A stretch of 64,000 nucleotides of DNA from Candidatus Saelkia tenebricola (GCA_030765145.1 JAVCDA010000046.1:6142-70141), one strand, 5' to 3'; positions 49,343-59,788 are shown, counted from the first letter of the stretch. The notes: a model not told the origin generated them from the sequence alone. Numbers and translations: made by a program.

Positions 49343-50416
49343 ATGCGCATTTTAATTGTAAATCCTTTTGGAATCGGGGATGTGATTTTTACCCTTCCTT
49401 TGATTCGAAACTTAAAAAAAACTTTTCCCCACTCACATATCGGGTATCTTTCTAACAGAAGAACTTATCCTATTTTAAGTGTTCAGCCAGAAATAGATTC
49501 CCTTTATGTCTATGAAAAAGATGAGTGGAGAAGTCTGTATAAAACTTCTCGAATAAAAACAATTATTAAATTTGGAAGTTTTTTAAAAAGTATAAAGCGA
49601 ATGAAGTTTGATATAGTTTTTGACCTTTCATTGGCAGGAAAGTTTGGTTTTATTTTCTGGATTTTAGGCATCAAGAAGAGGCTGGGGTATGATTATAAAA
49701 ACAGAGGTATATTTTTGAATAAAAAAATAAAAATGTCTGGGTATTCTAATAAGCATATGGTAGAGTACTACAGTGATTTAGTCGCACTTCTGGGACTTAA
49801 AAGCGAGTTTAAATTTACTAAATTAAGTTTACCTACCTCAGTTATAGACTGGGGGAATGATGAAGTTGCGGAATTGAAAAACAGGTCCAATTTAATTATA
49901 TCTCTTATTCCGGGCGGAGGAGCTAGCTGGGGATCTCAGGCGTATAAGAAACGCTGGGAAGAGGAAAAATATAAGGAGTTGTTAAATCTGATGCTCCGAG
50001 AGATAGACGCAGGAATTTTGCTTCTTGGAGATAAAGAGGATAAAAGTAAATGGGGTAAAGTCCCGAAGCATGATATGGTTTTAAATTATATGGGTGAAAC
50101 TTCTCTTTTGGAATTTGCAGCTTTAATATCAGTTTCAGATTTGGTTGTTACAAATGACGGTGGCCCGGTTCATATAGCTGCGGCATTTTCAATCCCGACA
50201 TTATCTATTTTCGGTCCTGTCTCCGAATCTGTTTATGGCCCGTATCCTAAAGATAATAAACACAGAATTATGAGCTTGAAATTGAATTGCAGGCCCTGTT
50301 ACAAAAATTTTAGAATGCCTTCTTGCAGTCATCATAGGTGTCTTGATGAGCTTAGCGCGGGTGATGTTTTTAAGGAGCTCAAGGAACATTTATCACTGAT
50401 AAAACATGAAAAATGA
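49343..50416 (+). CDS. glycosyltransferase family 9 (LPS heptosyltransferase-like)
   Basis: 'IGDVIFTLP', 'KRW', 'TNDGGPVHIAAA...IFGP', C-terminal C.PC...C...C. Confidence 0.9.
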   Translation: MRILIVNPFGIGDVIFTLPLIRNLKKTFPHSHIGYLSNRRTYPILSVQPEIDSLYVYEKDEWRSLYKTSRIKTIIKFGSFLKSIKRMKFDIVFDLSLAGKFGFIFWILGIKKRLGYDYKNRGIFLNKKIKMSGYSNKHMVEYYSDLVALLGLKSEFKFTKLSLPTSVIDWGNDEVAELKNRSNLIISLIPGGGASWGSQAYKKRWEEEKYKELLNLMLREIDAGILLLGDKEDKSKWGKVPKHDMVLNYMGETSLLEFAALISVSDLVVTNDGGPVHIAAAFSIPTLSIFGPVSESVYGPYPKDNKHRIMSLKLNCRPCYKNFRMPSCSHHRCLDELSAGDVFKELKEHLSLIKHEK

Positions 50417-51522
50417 AGATAAAATCTATTGATTTCAGCCGGGAATATGATTTATTAAAAAACAAATTGGATAAAAAATTCTCTACAGTGTCCAGTAGCG
50501 GGGGTTTTATTTTAGGTAAGGAACTAATAGAGTTTGAGAAAGAATTCGCTGCATATTGCGGGGTTAAATTTGCAGTGGGAGTAAATTCTGGAACGGATGC
50601 TTTATATATCAGTCTTTTATCTCTTGGGATTGGCCAAGGTGACGAAGTGATTGTTCCTGACTTCACATATATAGCGACAGCAATGGCTGTGTCATATACA
50701 GCTGCTGTGCCGGTATTTTGTGATATCAAAGAAGATACGTTTGAAATAGATCCTAAAGACCTAGAAAGAAAAATTACTTCTCGCACAAAAGCTATTATTC
50801 CGGTACATTTATACGGGCACCCTGTTGAGATGCGAAGTATTTTAAAAATAGCAAAGAAACATAATCTTAAGGTAGTAGAAGATTGTGCTCAGGCACATGG
50901 TGCTAAGATTAAGGGAAAGAAGGTTGGAGGGTTTGCAGATTGCGGTTGTTTCAGTTTTTATCCTACAAAAAATCTGGGTTGTTATGGTGATGGGGGGATA
51001 ATTGTCACGAATTCTGACAGATTATATAAGAAAATATTGAAGCTTCGCGATTATGGCAGAGAATCAAAATATAGGCATGTATTAATAGGTTATAATTCCA
51101 GATTGGATACATTGCAGGCTGGAATATTGCGAATTAAACTTGAATATTTAGACGTCTGGAATAATAAAAGAAAAGAACTGGCTTATTATTACAATGAATA
51201 TTTAAAAGGTATAGATGAAATAATTTTACCTAACGAAAAAGAAATGCATGAGCATGTTTATCACGTCTATGTAGCAAGAATAAAGAAAAATCGAGATGTT
51301 CTGATAAAACAGTTATTCGATCTTAATATTCCTGTTCTAATTCATTATCCTATTCCTTGTCATCTTCAGCCTGTTTATAAGAATTTGGGTTATAAAAAAG
51401 GGGATTTTCCTGTTTCAGAAATGTGTGCAAAAGAAGTTATGTCATTGCCTTTATATCCATTTCTTAAAAAAGAAGAGGTGCGTTTTATTGCCTCATCAAT
51501 AAAGAAATTATTACTGCGCTAA
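50413..51522 (+). CDS. DegT/DnrJ/EryC1/StrS aminotransferase
   Basis: 'NSGTDAL', 'PVHLYG', 'EDCAQAHG', 'SFYPTKNLG'. Confidence 0.94.
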   Translation: MKIKSIDFSREYDLLKNKLDKKFSTVSSSGGFILGKELIEFEKEFAAYCGVKFAVGVNSGTDALYISLLSLGIGQGDEVIVPDFTYIATAMAVSYTAAVPVFCDIKEDTFEIDPKDLERKITSRTKAIIPVHLYGHPVEMRSILKIAKKHNLKVVEDCAQAHGAKIKGKKVGGFADCGCFSFYPTKNLGCYGDGGIIVTNSDRLYKKILKLRDYGRESKYRHVLIGYNSRLDTLQAGILRIKLEYLDVWNNKRKELAYYYNEYLKGIDEIILPNEKEMHEHVYHVYVARIKKNRDVLIKQLFDLNIPVLIHYPIPCHLQPVYKNLGYKKGDFPVSEMCAKEVMSLPLYPFLKKEEVRFIASSIKKLLLR

Positions 51523-52869
51523 TCCCAAAAGCATTTTCGCTACCTGAAAATATATTACGATTGAGGTGATATCCAAAATGGTGGTCAAAAACGGGCCTGC
51601 AGATATGGCAGGGTCGATACCTACTTTAGACAGGAATATAGGAAGCAGACCTCCTATAAAAGTTGCAATTGTAATTACAAGTGCTAAAGATGATCCTATT
51701 GTAAGACCGAGCATTGGATTAGTATGCATAAAGTAGGCACGCATAAATCCTAAACATCCTAAGATTATACCTAGAGTGATTCCCATACAAATTTCTCTTT
51801 TCATTATCTGAAAAGTTTGTTTGAATTTTATTTCACCCGTTGCTAATCCTCTGGTTATTAAAGTAGCTGATTGTGTGCCTGCATTTCCGGCTGAACCAGA
51901 AAGCATAGGAATAAAAAAGACAAGAGCCATTACTGATTCTAAAGCATAGGAATAATGTTTTAAGAGTTGTGTTGAAACGGTATAAGTAACAAGTAGGAGT
52001 AGGAGCCATCCGATTCTCTTCCTTGCCACGACAGAAAACGGAGTTTTAAGATATTCATCTTCGATTGTTTCTATAGCAGCCATTTTATGAAAATCTTCGG
52101 TATCTTCTTTTTCAATGACATCCACAATATCGTCAACAGTAATTATTCCGTGGATATTTCCGTAAGTATCAACTACAGGAAGAGCCAAAAGGTCATATTT
52201 TTTAAAGACAGTTGCTACTTCTTCCTGATCATCTTCTAAATTTACTTTTATAAAATGATCATTCATTATTTCCGTGATTATTTTGCTCTCAGATGCCAGG
52301 ATTAGGTCTTTCAGGGAAAAAACCCCTAGCAATTTATCGTTATCTGTTGTTACATATATGTAGTATATGGTTTCTCTTTTTAAGGCTGTTTTTCTCAAAA
52401 TGCTTGTTGCTTCTTCAACAGTAATTTGAGGAGGTACTTTTGCAAAGTCAGTTGTCATCAATGCTCCGGCAGTATTTTCTCTATATTGAATTAATTCTTC
52501 TACGTCTTTTTTTTCTTTTTCTGACATAACAGATAGAAGTTGTTTCTTTAAATCAGGAGTAATTTTTAAGAATAAATCAGCTCTTTCATCAGGGGGCATT
52601 TCATCTAAGATATTTTTCAATCTTCCGGTAGTTAAATCCTGGAGTATCAAAATCTGGTATTCACCCAAGAGATAACTAAATATTTCAGGAAAATTTTCTC
52701 TGGGAATAATCTTTACAATTTCTACAATCTCTTCATGTTCTAAGGATTGGAGTAGTTCTGCTATATCAGGTGAGAATAATTCTTTTATAATATCTGTAAT
52801 TTCAGAGTATTTACCCTTTTCCAAAAGCTCTCTGATGCCGGGTGCCATGATATGCTTTTTTTTCTCCAT
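51511..52869 (-). CDS. mgtE: magnesium transporter MgtE
   Basis: N-domain, CBS pair, 'GNAGTQS', 'DPA..AGPFLTTILD'. Confidence 0.96.
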   Translation of the reverse strand: MEKKKHIMAPGIRELLEKGKYSEITDIIKELFSPDIAELLQSLEHEEIVEIVKIIPRENFPEIFSYLLGEYQILILQDLTTGRLKNILDEMPPDERADLFLKITPDLKKQLLSVMSEKEKKDVEELIQYRENTAGALMTTDFAKVPPQITVEEATSILRKTALKRETIYYIYVTTDNDKLLGVFSLKDLILASESKIITEIMNDHFIKVNLEDDQEEVATVFKKYDLLALPVVDTYGNIHGIITVDDIVDVIEKEDTEDFHKMAAIETIEDEYLKTPFSVVARKRIGWLLLLLVTYTVSTQLLKHYSYALESVMALVFFIPMLSGSAGNAGTQSATLITRGLATGEIKFKQTFQIMKREICMGITLGIILGCLGFMRAYFMHTNPMLGLTIGSSLALVITIATFIGGLLPIFLSKVGIDPAISAGPFLTTILDITSIVIYFQVAKMLLGLAQ

Positions 52870-52985
52870 AGTTTTACCTTTGGTTTCAGGGTTAAAAATG
52901 ATATCGAAGTTATGTTATGAAAATTAGATAATTTAATCAAGTAAAATTTGTTATAATCTGATATTACTATCATTTGTAAAACATT

Positions 52986-55922
52986 ATGAAAACACATATT
53001 CAAGACAAGGTGAAAGAAGGATTAAACGAAGAACAGTTGGGTGCTGTTGTCCATGGGGGATCTCCTCTTTTAATCGTTGCAGGTGCTGGTACAGGCAAAA
53101 CCCTTGTTTTAACTCGTAGGATTGTCCATCTGATTCTTTCTAAAAAGGCTTACCCTTCTGAAATACTTGCTCTTACGTTTACAGAAAAAGCTGCTCAAGA
53201 AATGGAAGAGAGGGTGGATGTTTTAGTTCCCTACGGCTATACTGATATGCGTATTTCCACATTTCATGCATTTGGTGACAGGGTTTTAAAAGAAAATGCT
53301 TTGGAAATTGGGCTTAGGCCTGATCTGTATGTGTTATCTCGCCCTGAACAGATAATATTTTTCAGGGAACGTCTCTTTGAATTCCCACTTAATTACTTCA
53401 GGCCCTTAGGGGATCCAACCAAATATATTGAAGCTGTATTAAAACTTATATCACGTGCAAAGGATGAAGATATCTCTCCAGAAGAGTATTTTGAATATAT
53501 ATATAAGCTAAAGGCGGAATCTGAAAAAAACCCCAAAGATAAAGCTTTGAAAGAGAAAGTGACAAGAGAAGAGGAAATAGCGCTTTGTTATAAAAAGTAC
53601 CAAGAACTTCTTCATAGAGAATCCAAGATAGATTTTGGTGATCAAGTGGTTTTAACGTTGAAACTTTTTAGAGAGCATCCTGAGATTTTGGAAAAATATC
53701 AGAATAAATTTCGCTATGTTCTTGTTGATGAATTTCAGGATACAAACCATTCTCAGTTTGAACTCTTGAAATTGTTGGTTAAAAAACATAATAGTATTAC
53801 TGTCTGCGGAGATGATGACCAGTCGATATATAAATTCAGAGGAGCTGCACTTAGCAATATCATGGAATTTATGGATGTCTATAGTGATGCAAAAAAAATA
53901 ATTTTACGAAAAAGCTACAGGTCGACTCAGAAAATATTGGATGCATCTTATGTGCTTATATCTAATAATAATCCCGACCGTCTTGAAGTTAAAGAGAAGC
54001 TGGATAAGAAATTAGTTTCTAATTTTATTGGAGGTAAAGGAGCAAAGCATCTTTGTTTTGACACTGCTTCATCTGAGGCGGATTGGGTGGCAGAGAAAAT
54101 AGAGAGACTCGTAAATTCCAAAAAGTATTCCTATAAAGATTTTGCAATTTTAGTACGATCTAACAAGGATGCGGATTTATTTTTGCAGGCATTGAATATG
54201 AGGCAGCTTCCTTTAAGATTTTCTGGCAGTGAGGGGCTATATTCTCAGAAAGAGATAAGGTTTTTTATTGCCTGGTTAAAATTTTTGACGGATCCACAAG
54301 ATAGCCTGAGCCTCTATTATATTATGTCTTTTCCAGTGTACGATTTTGATATAGAGATGCTTTCTGTATGCATGAGCAAGGGGAGGGCAACTAATAGGGC
54401 TTTATATTTCATATTGAAACATATTAATGAATATCCGGAATTAGGGAGTTGTATAAAGGAAGAAATGGCTTTAAAGATAAAATCTTTTCTCATGAATATT
54501 GCGGAGTTTTTTCAATATCTGCCTCAATTTAATGTTGGTAGGCTTCTTTACAAGATTCTTACTGAAACCGGTTACTTAAATAGTCTAACTGCAGGAGGTA
54601 TGAAGGCGGAATCTAAAATTAAAAATATAGCTAGGTTTTTTGAAATAGTCAGAAACGTTTCTCGAGTGTTAGACAATGAAAATGCGTATAGTTTTACTCC
54701 CTATTTAGATGCTTTAATTGAAGCGGGTGATAATCCATCTTTACCAGATGCGGATTATGATATGGATGCAGTTAGTATCTTGACAATACACAAAGCAAAA
54801 GGATTGGAGTTTAAGTCTGTGTTTTTGGTTGGACTGGTTTCTGATAGGTTTCCTGTAAAAAAAAGGAGTGATGGGATTGTACTCCCCAATGAGCTTTTGA
54901 GAGTGAAAGAGAGGTGGCTTCCGGAAGGAGATCCTCATATTCAGGAGGAAAGAAGGCTTTTTTATGTCGGAATGACTAGAGCCAGGGAAGACCTTTTTCT
55001 TACCTCTGCTCGTGACTATGGTGGTAAGAGAGCTAAAAAAGTTTCTGTTTTTGTGATGGAGGCTTTGGATTTACCAAAACAGCCTGGAGTATCGTTTAAA
55101 CCTTCTGCATTAGAAGTTATTCAGCGGTCTCAAGGTAAAGATTTTAAAACTACAGCAGGTGATATTCCCATTAGAGATGATGAGTTACTTGATTTAAGCC
55201 ATTTACAAATTGATGACTATTTTACCTGTCCTTTAAAATACAAGTATGTTCACATTCTTAAAGTTCCTGTTATGCAGCACCATGCTGTTATCTATGGTAA
55301 GGCTATTCATGATGCTATTCAGGTATATCTTAGGATGAAGATAAATAACAAGCACTTTTCTTTAGATGAAATGTTAAAAATATTCGAAAACTCATGGCGA
55401 AGTGAAGGGTTTTTGACTCGAGAACATGAAGAGATGCGGTTTAAAGAGGGCGAAGAATTGCTGGATAAATTTTATTCTAGGAATGAAGTTTCAGGCGTTA
55501 TTCCTGACTATGTTGAGCAGGATTTTGTTTTTTTAATTGATCGCGATAGAATCTCAGGGCGTTGGGATAGGATAGATACGTCTGGAGGGAAAATAAGGAT
55601 AATAGATTACAAAACTTCTAAGGTTCAGGATCAACAGAAGGCAGATAAAAAGGCAAAGGGGAGTCTGCAGCTAGGTATCTATGCATTAGCCTATAAAAAT
55701 ATACATGGAATAATTCCTGATTGGGTCGAATTGCATTTTATCGATTCTGATCTTATTGGTCGTACTCAGTTTAATGATGTTGATTTAACCAAAGTGAAAA
55801 ACAGGATTAATGAAGCTTCTTTGGGTATAAGAAAAAGAGATTTTGTGCCTAAACCGAGTTATTTTTCCTGTGTGTACTGTGTGTTTAGGAATATTTGTCC
55901 TTATACATTAAAGGGGATATAG
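52986..55922 (+). CDS. UvrD/PcrA-like SF1 helicase fused to C-terminal PD-(D/E)XK nuclease
   Basis: AGAGTGKT, DEFQD, 'TIHKAKGLEF', 'EERRLFYVGMTRA'; nuclease 'GRWDRID..IIDYKT..QL..YA'; Cys in 'CPLKY' and 'CVYCVFRNIC'. Confidence 0.92.
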   Translation: MKTHIQDKVKEGLNEEQLGAVVHGGSPLLIVAGAGTGKTLVLTRRIVHLILSKKAYPSEILALTFTEKAAQEMEERVDVLVPYGYTDMRISTFHAFGDRVLKENALEIGLRPDLYVLSRPEQIIFFRERLFEFPLNYFRPLGDPTKYIEAVLKLISRAKDEDISPEEYFEYIYKLKAESEKNPKDKALKEKVTREEEIALCYKKYQELLHRESKIDFGDQVVLTLKLFREHPEILEKYQNKFRYVLVDEFQDTNHSQFELLKLLVKKHNSITVCGDDDQSIYKFRGAALSNIMEFMDVYSDAKKIILRKSYRSTQKILDASYVLISNNNPDRLEVKEKLDKKLVSNFIGGKGAKHLCFDTASSEADWVAEKIERLVNSKKYSYKDFAILVRSNKDADLFLQALNMRQLPLRFSGSEGLYSQKEIRFFIAWLKFLTDPQDSLSLYYIMSFPVYDFDIEMLSVCMSKGRATNRALYFILKHINEYPELGSCIKEEMALKIKSFLMNIAEFFQYLPQFNVGRLLYKILTETGYLNSLTAGGMKAESKIKNIARFFEIVRNVSRVLDNENAYSFTPYLDALIEAGDNPSLPDADYDMDAVSILTIHKAKGLEFKSVFLVGLVSDRFPVKKRSDGIVLPNELLRVKERWLPEGDPHIQEERRLFYVGMTRAREDLFLTSARDYGGKRAKKVSVFVMEALDLPKQPGVSFKPSALEVIQRSQGKDFKTTAGDIPIRDDELLDLSHLQIDDYFTCPLKYKYVHILKVPVMQHHAVIYGKAIHDAIQVYLRMKINNKHFSLDEMLKIFENSWRSEGFLTREHEEMRFKEGEELLDKFYSRNEVSGVIPDYVEQDFVFLIDRDRISGRWDRIDTSGGKIRIIDYKTSKVQDQQKADKKAKGSLQLGIYALAYKNIHGIIPDWVELHFIDSDLIGRTQFNDVDLTKVKNRINEASLGIRKRDFVPKPSYFSCVYCVFRNICPYTLKGI

Positions 55923-55924
55923 AA

Positions 55925-56398
55925 ATGACTTTATGTTTTTTGTTAGACGGGTATAATATTCTTAAGAAAATATCCCAGATTACTGACTATAAAATTAAAG
56001 AGGACAGAGATGCTTTGGTGGGGTTTATTTATCGATTTCATCCCCAGGGAAAAAATAAAGTTGTAATAATTTTTGATGGCTATGGAAATGAACAGATAAA
56101 ATATGCTACAATCAATGTTCTTTTTAGTAAGGATATTTCTGCAGATGATTATATTGTTAAGATTTTAGAGAAGAAAGATAAAAAAAATTATTATTGTGTC
56201 GTTAGCGATGATAGAGAGTTGAAAAGTAGAGCAAGGAATCTTGATGCAGAAACTTTGTCTGTAAATGATTTTTTAAGCCCTGCTCTTAGGAGAATGAAAA
56301 CAAAAGTTAAAAGAGTGTCTCATGAGAAAATAAACGAATATTCTAAAGAAGCTCGGGAGATTAATAAAGAATTGGAGGAAAAATGGCTAAAGAGATAA
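55925..56398 (+). CDS. NYN-domain (YacP/Rae1-like) ribonuclease
   Basis: 'LLDGYN', 'IFDG', 'SADDYI', 'VVSDDREL'. Confidence 0.85.
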   Translation: MTLCFLLDGYNILKKISQITDYKIKEDRDALVGFIYRFHPQGKNKVVIIFDGYGNEQIKYATINVLFSKDISADDYIVKILEKKDKKNYYCVVSDDRELKSRARNLDAETLSVNDFLSPALRRMKTKVKRVSHEKINEYSKEAREINKELEEKWLKR

Positions 56399-56931
56399 GA
56401 AAAAAACATGTGGCTAGAGAGTGGGCGGAGTCTATTGTAATAGCGCTTTTAGCAGCTCTGGTTATCCGTACTTTTATTATAGAAGCTTTTAAAATACCAT
56501 CAGGTTCTATGAAGCCTACTTTAGAGATAGGAGATAGAATTTTTGTCAGCAAATTCATTTATCGGTATAAAGAACCTCAAAGAGGTGACATTGTTGTTTT
56601 CAGGTATCCCGAGAACCCAAAGAAGTATTTTGTCAAAAGACTTATTGCTATGGGCAATGAAGTTGTTGGAATTGAGGATGGCAATATTACTATTGATGGA
56701 GAGTTGGTTAAAAATCCTGAAATATTGCAAAAGTTTTATTATTATAACAAAGGTCAATATGGGCTTCAAGATAGTGAGGTTCAGGTGCCTGATGAGAATT
56801 TTTACTTTTTAGGAGACAATTCTGCGTTTTCTAAAGATTCCAGATACTGGGGGTATGTTCCCAGGAAGAATATTGTAGGTAAAGCATTTTTACGATTTTG
56901 GCCTCTCTGGAGAATTGGTTTAGTTCGATAG
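56383..56931 (+). CDS. lepB: signal peptidase I
   Basis: 'IPSGSM.PTL', 'FVKRL', 'GDN...S.DSRYWG'. Confidence 0.95.
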   Translation: MAKEIRKKHVAREWAESIVIALLAALVIRTFIIEAFKIPSGSMKPTLEIGDRIFVSKFIYRYKEPQRGDIVVFRYPENPKKYFVKRLIAMGNEVVGIEDGNITIDGELVKNPEILQKFYYYNKGQYGLQDSEVQVPDENFYFLGDNSAFSKDSRYWGYVPRKNIVGKAFLRFWPLWRIGLVR

Positions 56932-56960
56932 TTGACTTTTAAATATGTGTTAAATATAAT
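56932..56960 (+). promoter_or_regulatory. sigma70-type promoter
   Basis: TTGACT-17 bp-TATAAT then SD AAGGAGGTG. Confidence 0.75.
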
Positions 56961-56978
56961 GCTTAAGGAGGTGAAAAA

Positions 56979-57278
56979 ATGAAAAGTTTGTTTTTAATTT
57001 TATTGTTGGTTACTTTTACATTGAGTGGTTGTACTACAACTCAGAAAGGTGCTGGTACGGGTGCAGCAATAGGTGCAGGTTTGGGTGCCATAATAGGTCA
57101 TCAGTCAGGTGATGCTGCGAAAGGGGCAGCTGTTGGAGCTGCAGCAGGCGGTTTGAGCGGGGCATTAATAGGTGAGCAGATGGATACGCAGTTTTGTCCC
57201 ATATGTGGTAGACATTTTACAAGCAGTACTCAATATTGTCCATATGATGGTTCTCATTTAAGCCCGTTACAGAAATAG
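56979..57278 (+). CDS. glycine-zipper lipoprotein with C-terminal Cys knuckle
   Basis: Lipobox LSG-C, GxxxGxxxG repeats, 'CPICG...CPYDG'. Confidence 0.85.
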   Translation: MKSLFLILLLVTFTLSGCTTTQKGAGTGAAIGAGLGAIIGHQSGDAAKGAAVGAAAGGLSGALIGEQMDTQFCPICGRHFTSSTQYCPYDGSHLSPLQK

Positions 57279-57316
57279 AGTTTTATAGAAAAAGTCATAA
57301 TTATCATAGTTAAATC

Positions 57317-57859
57317 ATGAATATTGCTAATCTTTGCAGTTGTTTGAGGTTGTTAGTTTTACCGTTTTTCATAATAGCTATTCTTTATCATTCGCCTCAG
57401 AAAGAATATTTAAGGTTGGTTGCGATTTTTTTAGCGATTTTTTCTTTCATTACTGATGCTTTAGACGGATTTTTAGCTCGCAGGAAAGGTTTAATTACTA
57501 ATTTAGGGGCGTTCTTAGACCCTTTAGGAGACAAATTATTACTGAATGCAGCTTTTATAATTCTGGTTTTGAAACCGGAGTTTAAGGATCGTTTAAATTT
57601 ACCTATGTGGGTAGTTGTGACAGTTTTTTTAAGAGATATATTTATTGCACTAGGTAGTTTTATTTTGCATGCTAAATCGAGGCTTAAGATATCACCTTCT
57701 TATTTAGGTAAATCTGCTGTTGTATTGCAAATGGCTGCTATTGCTTCTGCATTATTATATTTCCCATATACTTCTGTGCTTTGGTGTATTACTGGTGTAA
57801 TTACAGTATTAGCCGGAGTTGGCTATCTCTTAAGAGAAGGATCTAAATTCTACAAATAA
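57317..57859 (+). CDS. CDP-alcohol phosphatidyltransferase (PgsA-like)
   Basis: 'DALDGFLARR....T.LGAFLDPLGDK'. Confidence 0.9.
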   Translation: MNIANLCSCLRLLVLPFFIIAILYHSPQKEYLRLVAIFLAIFSFITDALDGFLARRKGLITNLGAFLDPLGDKLLLNAAFIILVLKPEFKDRLNLPMWVVVTVFLRDIFIALGSFILHAKSRLKISPSYLGKSAVVLQMAAIASALLYFPYTSVLWCITGVITVLAGVGYLLREGSKFYK

Positions 57860-57862
57860 ACC

Positions 57863-59176
57863 ATGTCGGATTATCCCAAAGTTGCAATAATAGGTAGGCC
57901 TAATGTAGGTAAATCCACACTTTTTAATCGTCTTATTGGTGAAAGGTTTGCAATAACAGAAGAAACTTACGGTGTTACAAGAGACAGGGTATATAAAGAT
58001 GCTCAATGGTGCGGGGTGTATTTTACGGTAATAGATACAGGGGGTATTATTGTTGCGGGAGATTTAGAAGATATTGCCCAGAAAGTAAAGCAGCAGAGTT
58101 TAAAAGCTATTCAGGAGGCAGATCTTGTTGTTTTTCTAACAGATTGTAAAGATGGGGTTCATCCTTTAGATGAAGATATTGCTGATGTTATAAGAAGGGG
58201 GAATAAAAAGGTGATACTCACAGTGAATAAAGCGGACAATGCAAAATCCGAGTTGGAGGCAAGTGAGTTTCAAAGTCTTGGGATTAGGGATATAGTAGCA
58301 ATTTCAGCTATGCATGGAAGAGGTGTAGATTTGCTTTTAGAAAAGATAACAGAAAATATAGAAAATGTAGAAATTAGTGATAGTAGTTCTGGAATTATTA
58401 AAGTAGCGGTAATAGGTTGTCCGAATGCAGGTAAATCCTCTTTTGTTAATTCCATTTTAGAGGAAGAAAGATCGGTTGTGGATTCTTTGCCTGGTACAAC
58501 TAGGGATGCTGTCGATACTTTGTTTCATCTTGGAGATTCTAGATTTATGTTGATTGATACAGCGGGTATTCGTCATAAGAGCAAGATTAAAGGAGGATTG
58601 AATTTTTTCAGTTCCCTAAGAACAAAGGAGGCAATAGATAGGGCCGATGTTGTTTTGTTTATGGTTGACGGTTGGTGTGGAGTGCGGCGTGATGATATGC
58701 ACCATATTTATAAGGTATGGCAGAAGAATAAAGGTTTAATTCTAGTAATAAACAAAAGGGACTTAATACAGAAGTCAATACCGGAATATGAAAAACTTAT
58801 ACGGAACAGACTGGCTTTAGCGGAATATGTGCCCATAATTTATATTTCTGCTAAAAAGAAATATAATATTGAAGAGGCAATGATAGCATCTAAGTCGGTT
58901 TATGATAATTTAAACCAGCATGTAAGAACTTCAGAGTTAAACAAATTTATTCAGGATATTCAATTTGCTCATCCCAAGATTGTAAAGGGCAAGCATTCTT
59001 TAAAGATTTTTTATATTACTCAAACAGGTGTTGTGCCGCCTCAGATGCATGCTTTTGTTAATTTCCCGGGGCTAGTGAATAAAAGTTTTACCAATTTTTT
59101 AGAACGCAGGATAAGGCAGAGATTTGGTTTTATGGGAGCACCGATTAAATTGGTGTTTAGAGCGAAAAATGAATAG
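57863..59176 (+). CDS. der: ribosome biogenesis GTPase Der/EngA
   Basis: Two G domains (GRPNVGKS, GCPNAGKS), DTGG/DTAG, NKxD, KH-like tail. Confidence 0.97.
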   Translation: MSDYPKVAIIGRPNVGKSTLFNRLIGERFAITEETYGVTRDRVYKDAQWCGVYFTVIDTGGIIVAGDLEDIAQKVKQQSLKAIQEADLVVFLTDCKDGVHPLDEDIADVIRRGNKKVILTVNKADNAKSELEASEFQSLGIRDIVAISAMHGRGVDLLLEKITENIENVEISDSSSGIIKVAVIGCPNAGKSSFVNSILEEERSVVDSLPGTTRDAVDTLFHLGDSRFMLIDTAGIRHKSKIKGGLNFFSSLRTKEAIDRADVVLFMVDGWCGVRRDDMHHIYKVWQKNKGLILVINKRDLIQKSIPEYEKLIRNRLALAEYVPIIYISAKKKYNIEEAMIASKSVYDNLNQHVRTSELNKFIQDIQFAHPKIVKGKHSLKIFYITQTGVVPPQMHAFVNFPGLVNKSFTNFLERRIRQRFGFMGAPIKLVFRAKNE

Positions 59177-59191
59177 TCATGGAGGTGTTAT

Positions 59192-59788
59192 GTGAAGACT
59201 ATACTCATTGTATTTTGTTCTTATTTGATAGGTTCAGTTCCTTTTGCTTACATAATATCTAAAATGCTTTCTCGTGTTGATATAAGAGACGAAGGTAGCG
59301 GGAATGTTGGTGCAACTAATGTTTTAAGAGTTGTGGGTTTCTTTCCCGGGGTGGCGGTGCTTTTACTGGATATTCTAAAAGGTGTATTAGTGATAAAAAT
59401 AGCACAGTTGTTTATAGGAGAAAATTTTGTTTATTTAGTGGGGTTGGCTGTTATAGTTGGACATTGCTGGAGCCCATTCCTTAAATTTAAAGGTGGTAAA
59501 GGAGTTGCAACAACGCTTGGAGTTTTATTGGCAGTTGAACCGGGTTATCTTTTTTATACGGTTATAGTATGGTTGCTTGTATTTTTGTTATTTAAAATCG
59601 TATCTTTAGCTTCTATTGTTTCTGTGTTATTTTTGCCATTAGCCTTAATTTTTAAGGGAGAGGTTCCTTGGGTGTTGATTTTTATAGCTTTATACTCAGG
59701 AATTATAATATTTCGCCATAAGGGGAATATCGTAAAGCTTATTCGGGGAGAGGAGCAGAAGATTCAGTTTCCAAGGTGTTCTAAGTAG
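59192..59788 (+). CDS. plsY: glycerol-3-phosphate acyltransferase PlsY
   Basis: 'GSGNVGATN', 'FKGGKGVAT', 'RH..NI'. Confidence 0.96.
   Translation: MKTILIVFCSYLIGSVPFAYIISKMLSRVDIRDEGSGNVGATNVLRVVGFFPGVAVLLLDILKGVLVIKIAQLFIGENFVYLVGLAVIVGHCWSPFLKFKGGKGVATTLGVLLAVEPGYLFYTVIVWLLVFLLFKIVSLASIVSVLFLPLALIFKGEVPWVLIFIALYSGIIIFRHKGNIVKLIRGEEQKIQFPRCSK

Noticed and set aside
50379-50786. 135-aa minus-strand ORF and the other short antisense or alternate-frame ORFs (e.g. 14489-14818, 34495-34818, 61735-62118)
   Set aside because: Shadows of well-supported genes, with no motifs or independent signals
52870-52985. M-box/Mg2+ riboswitch upstream of mgtE
   Set aside because: Only 116 bp of AT-rich divergent promoter region, with no structured leader or terminator
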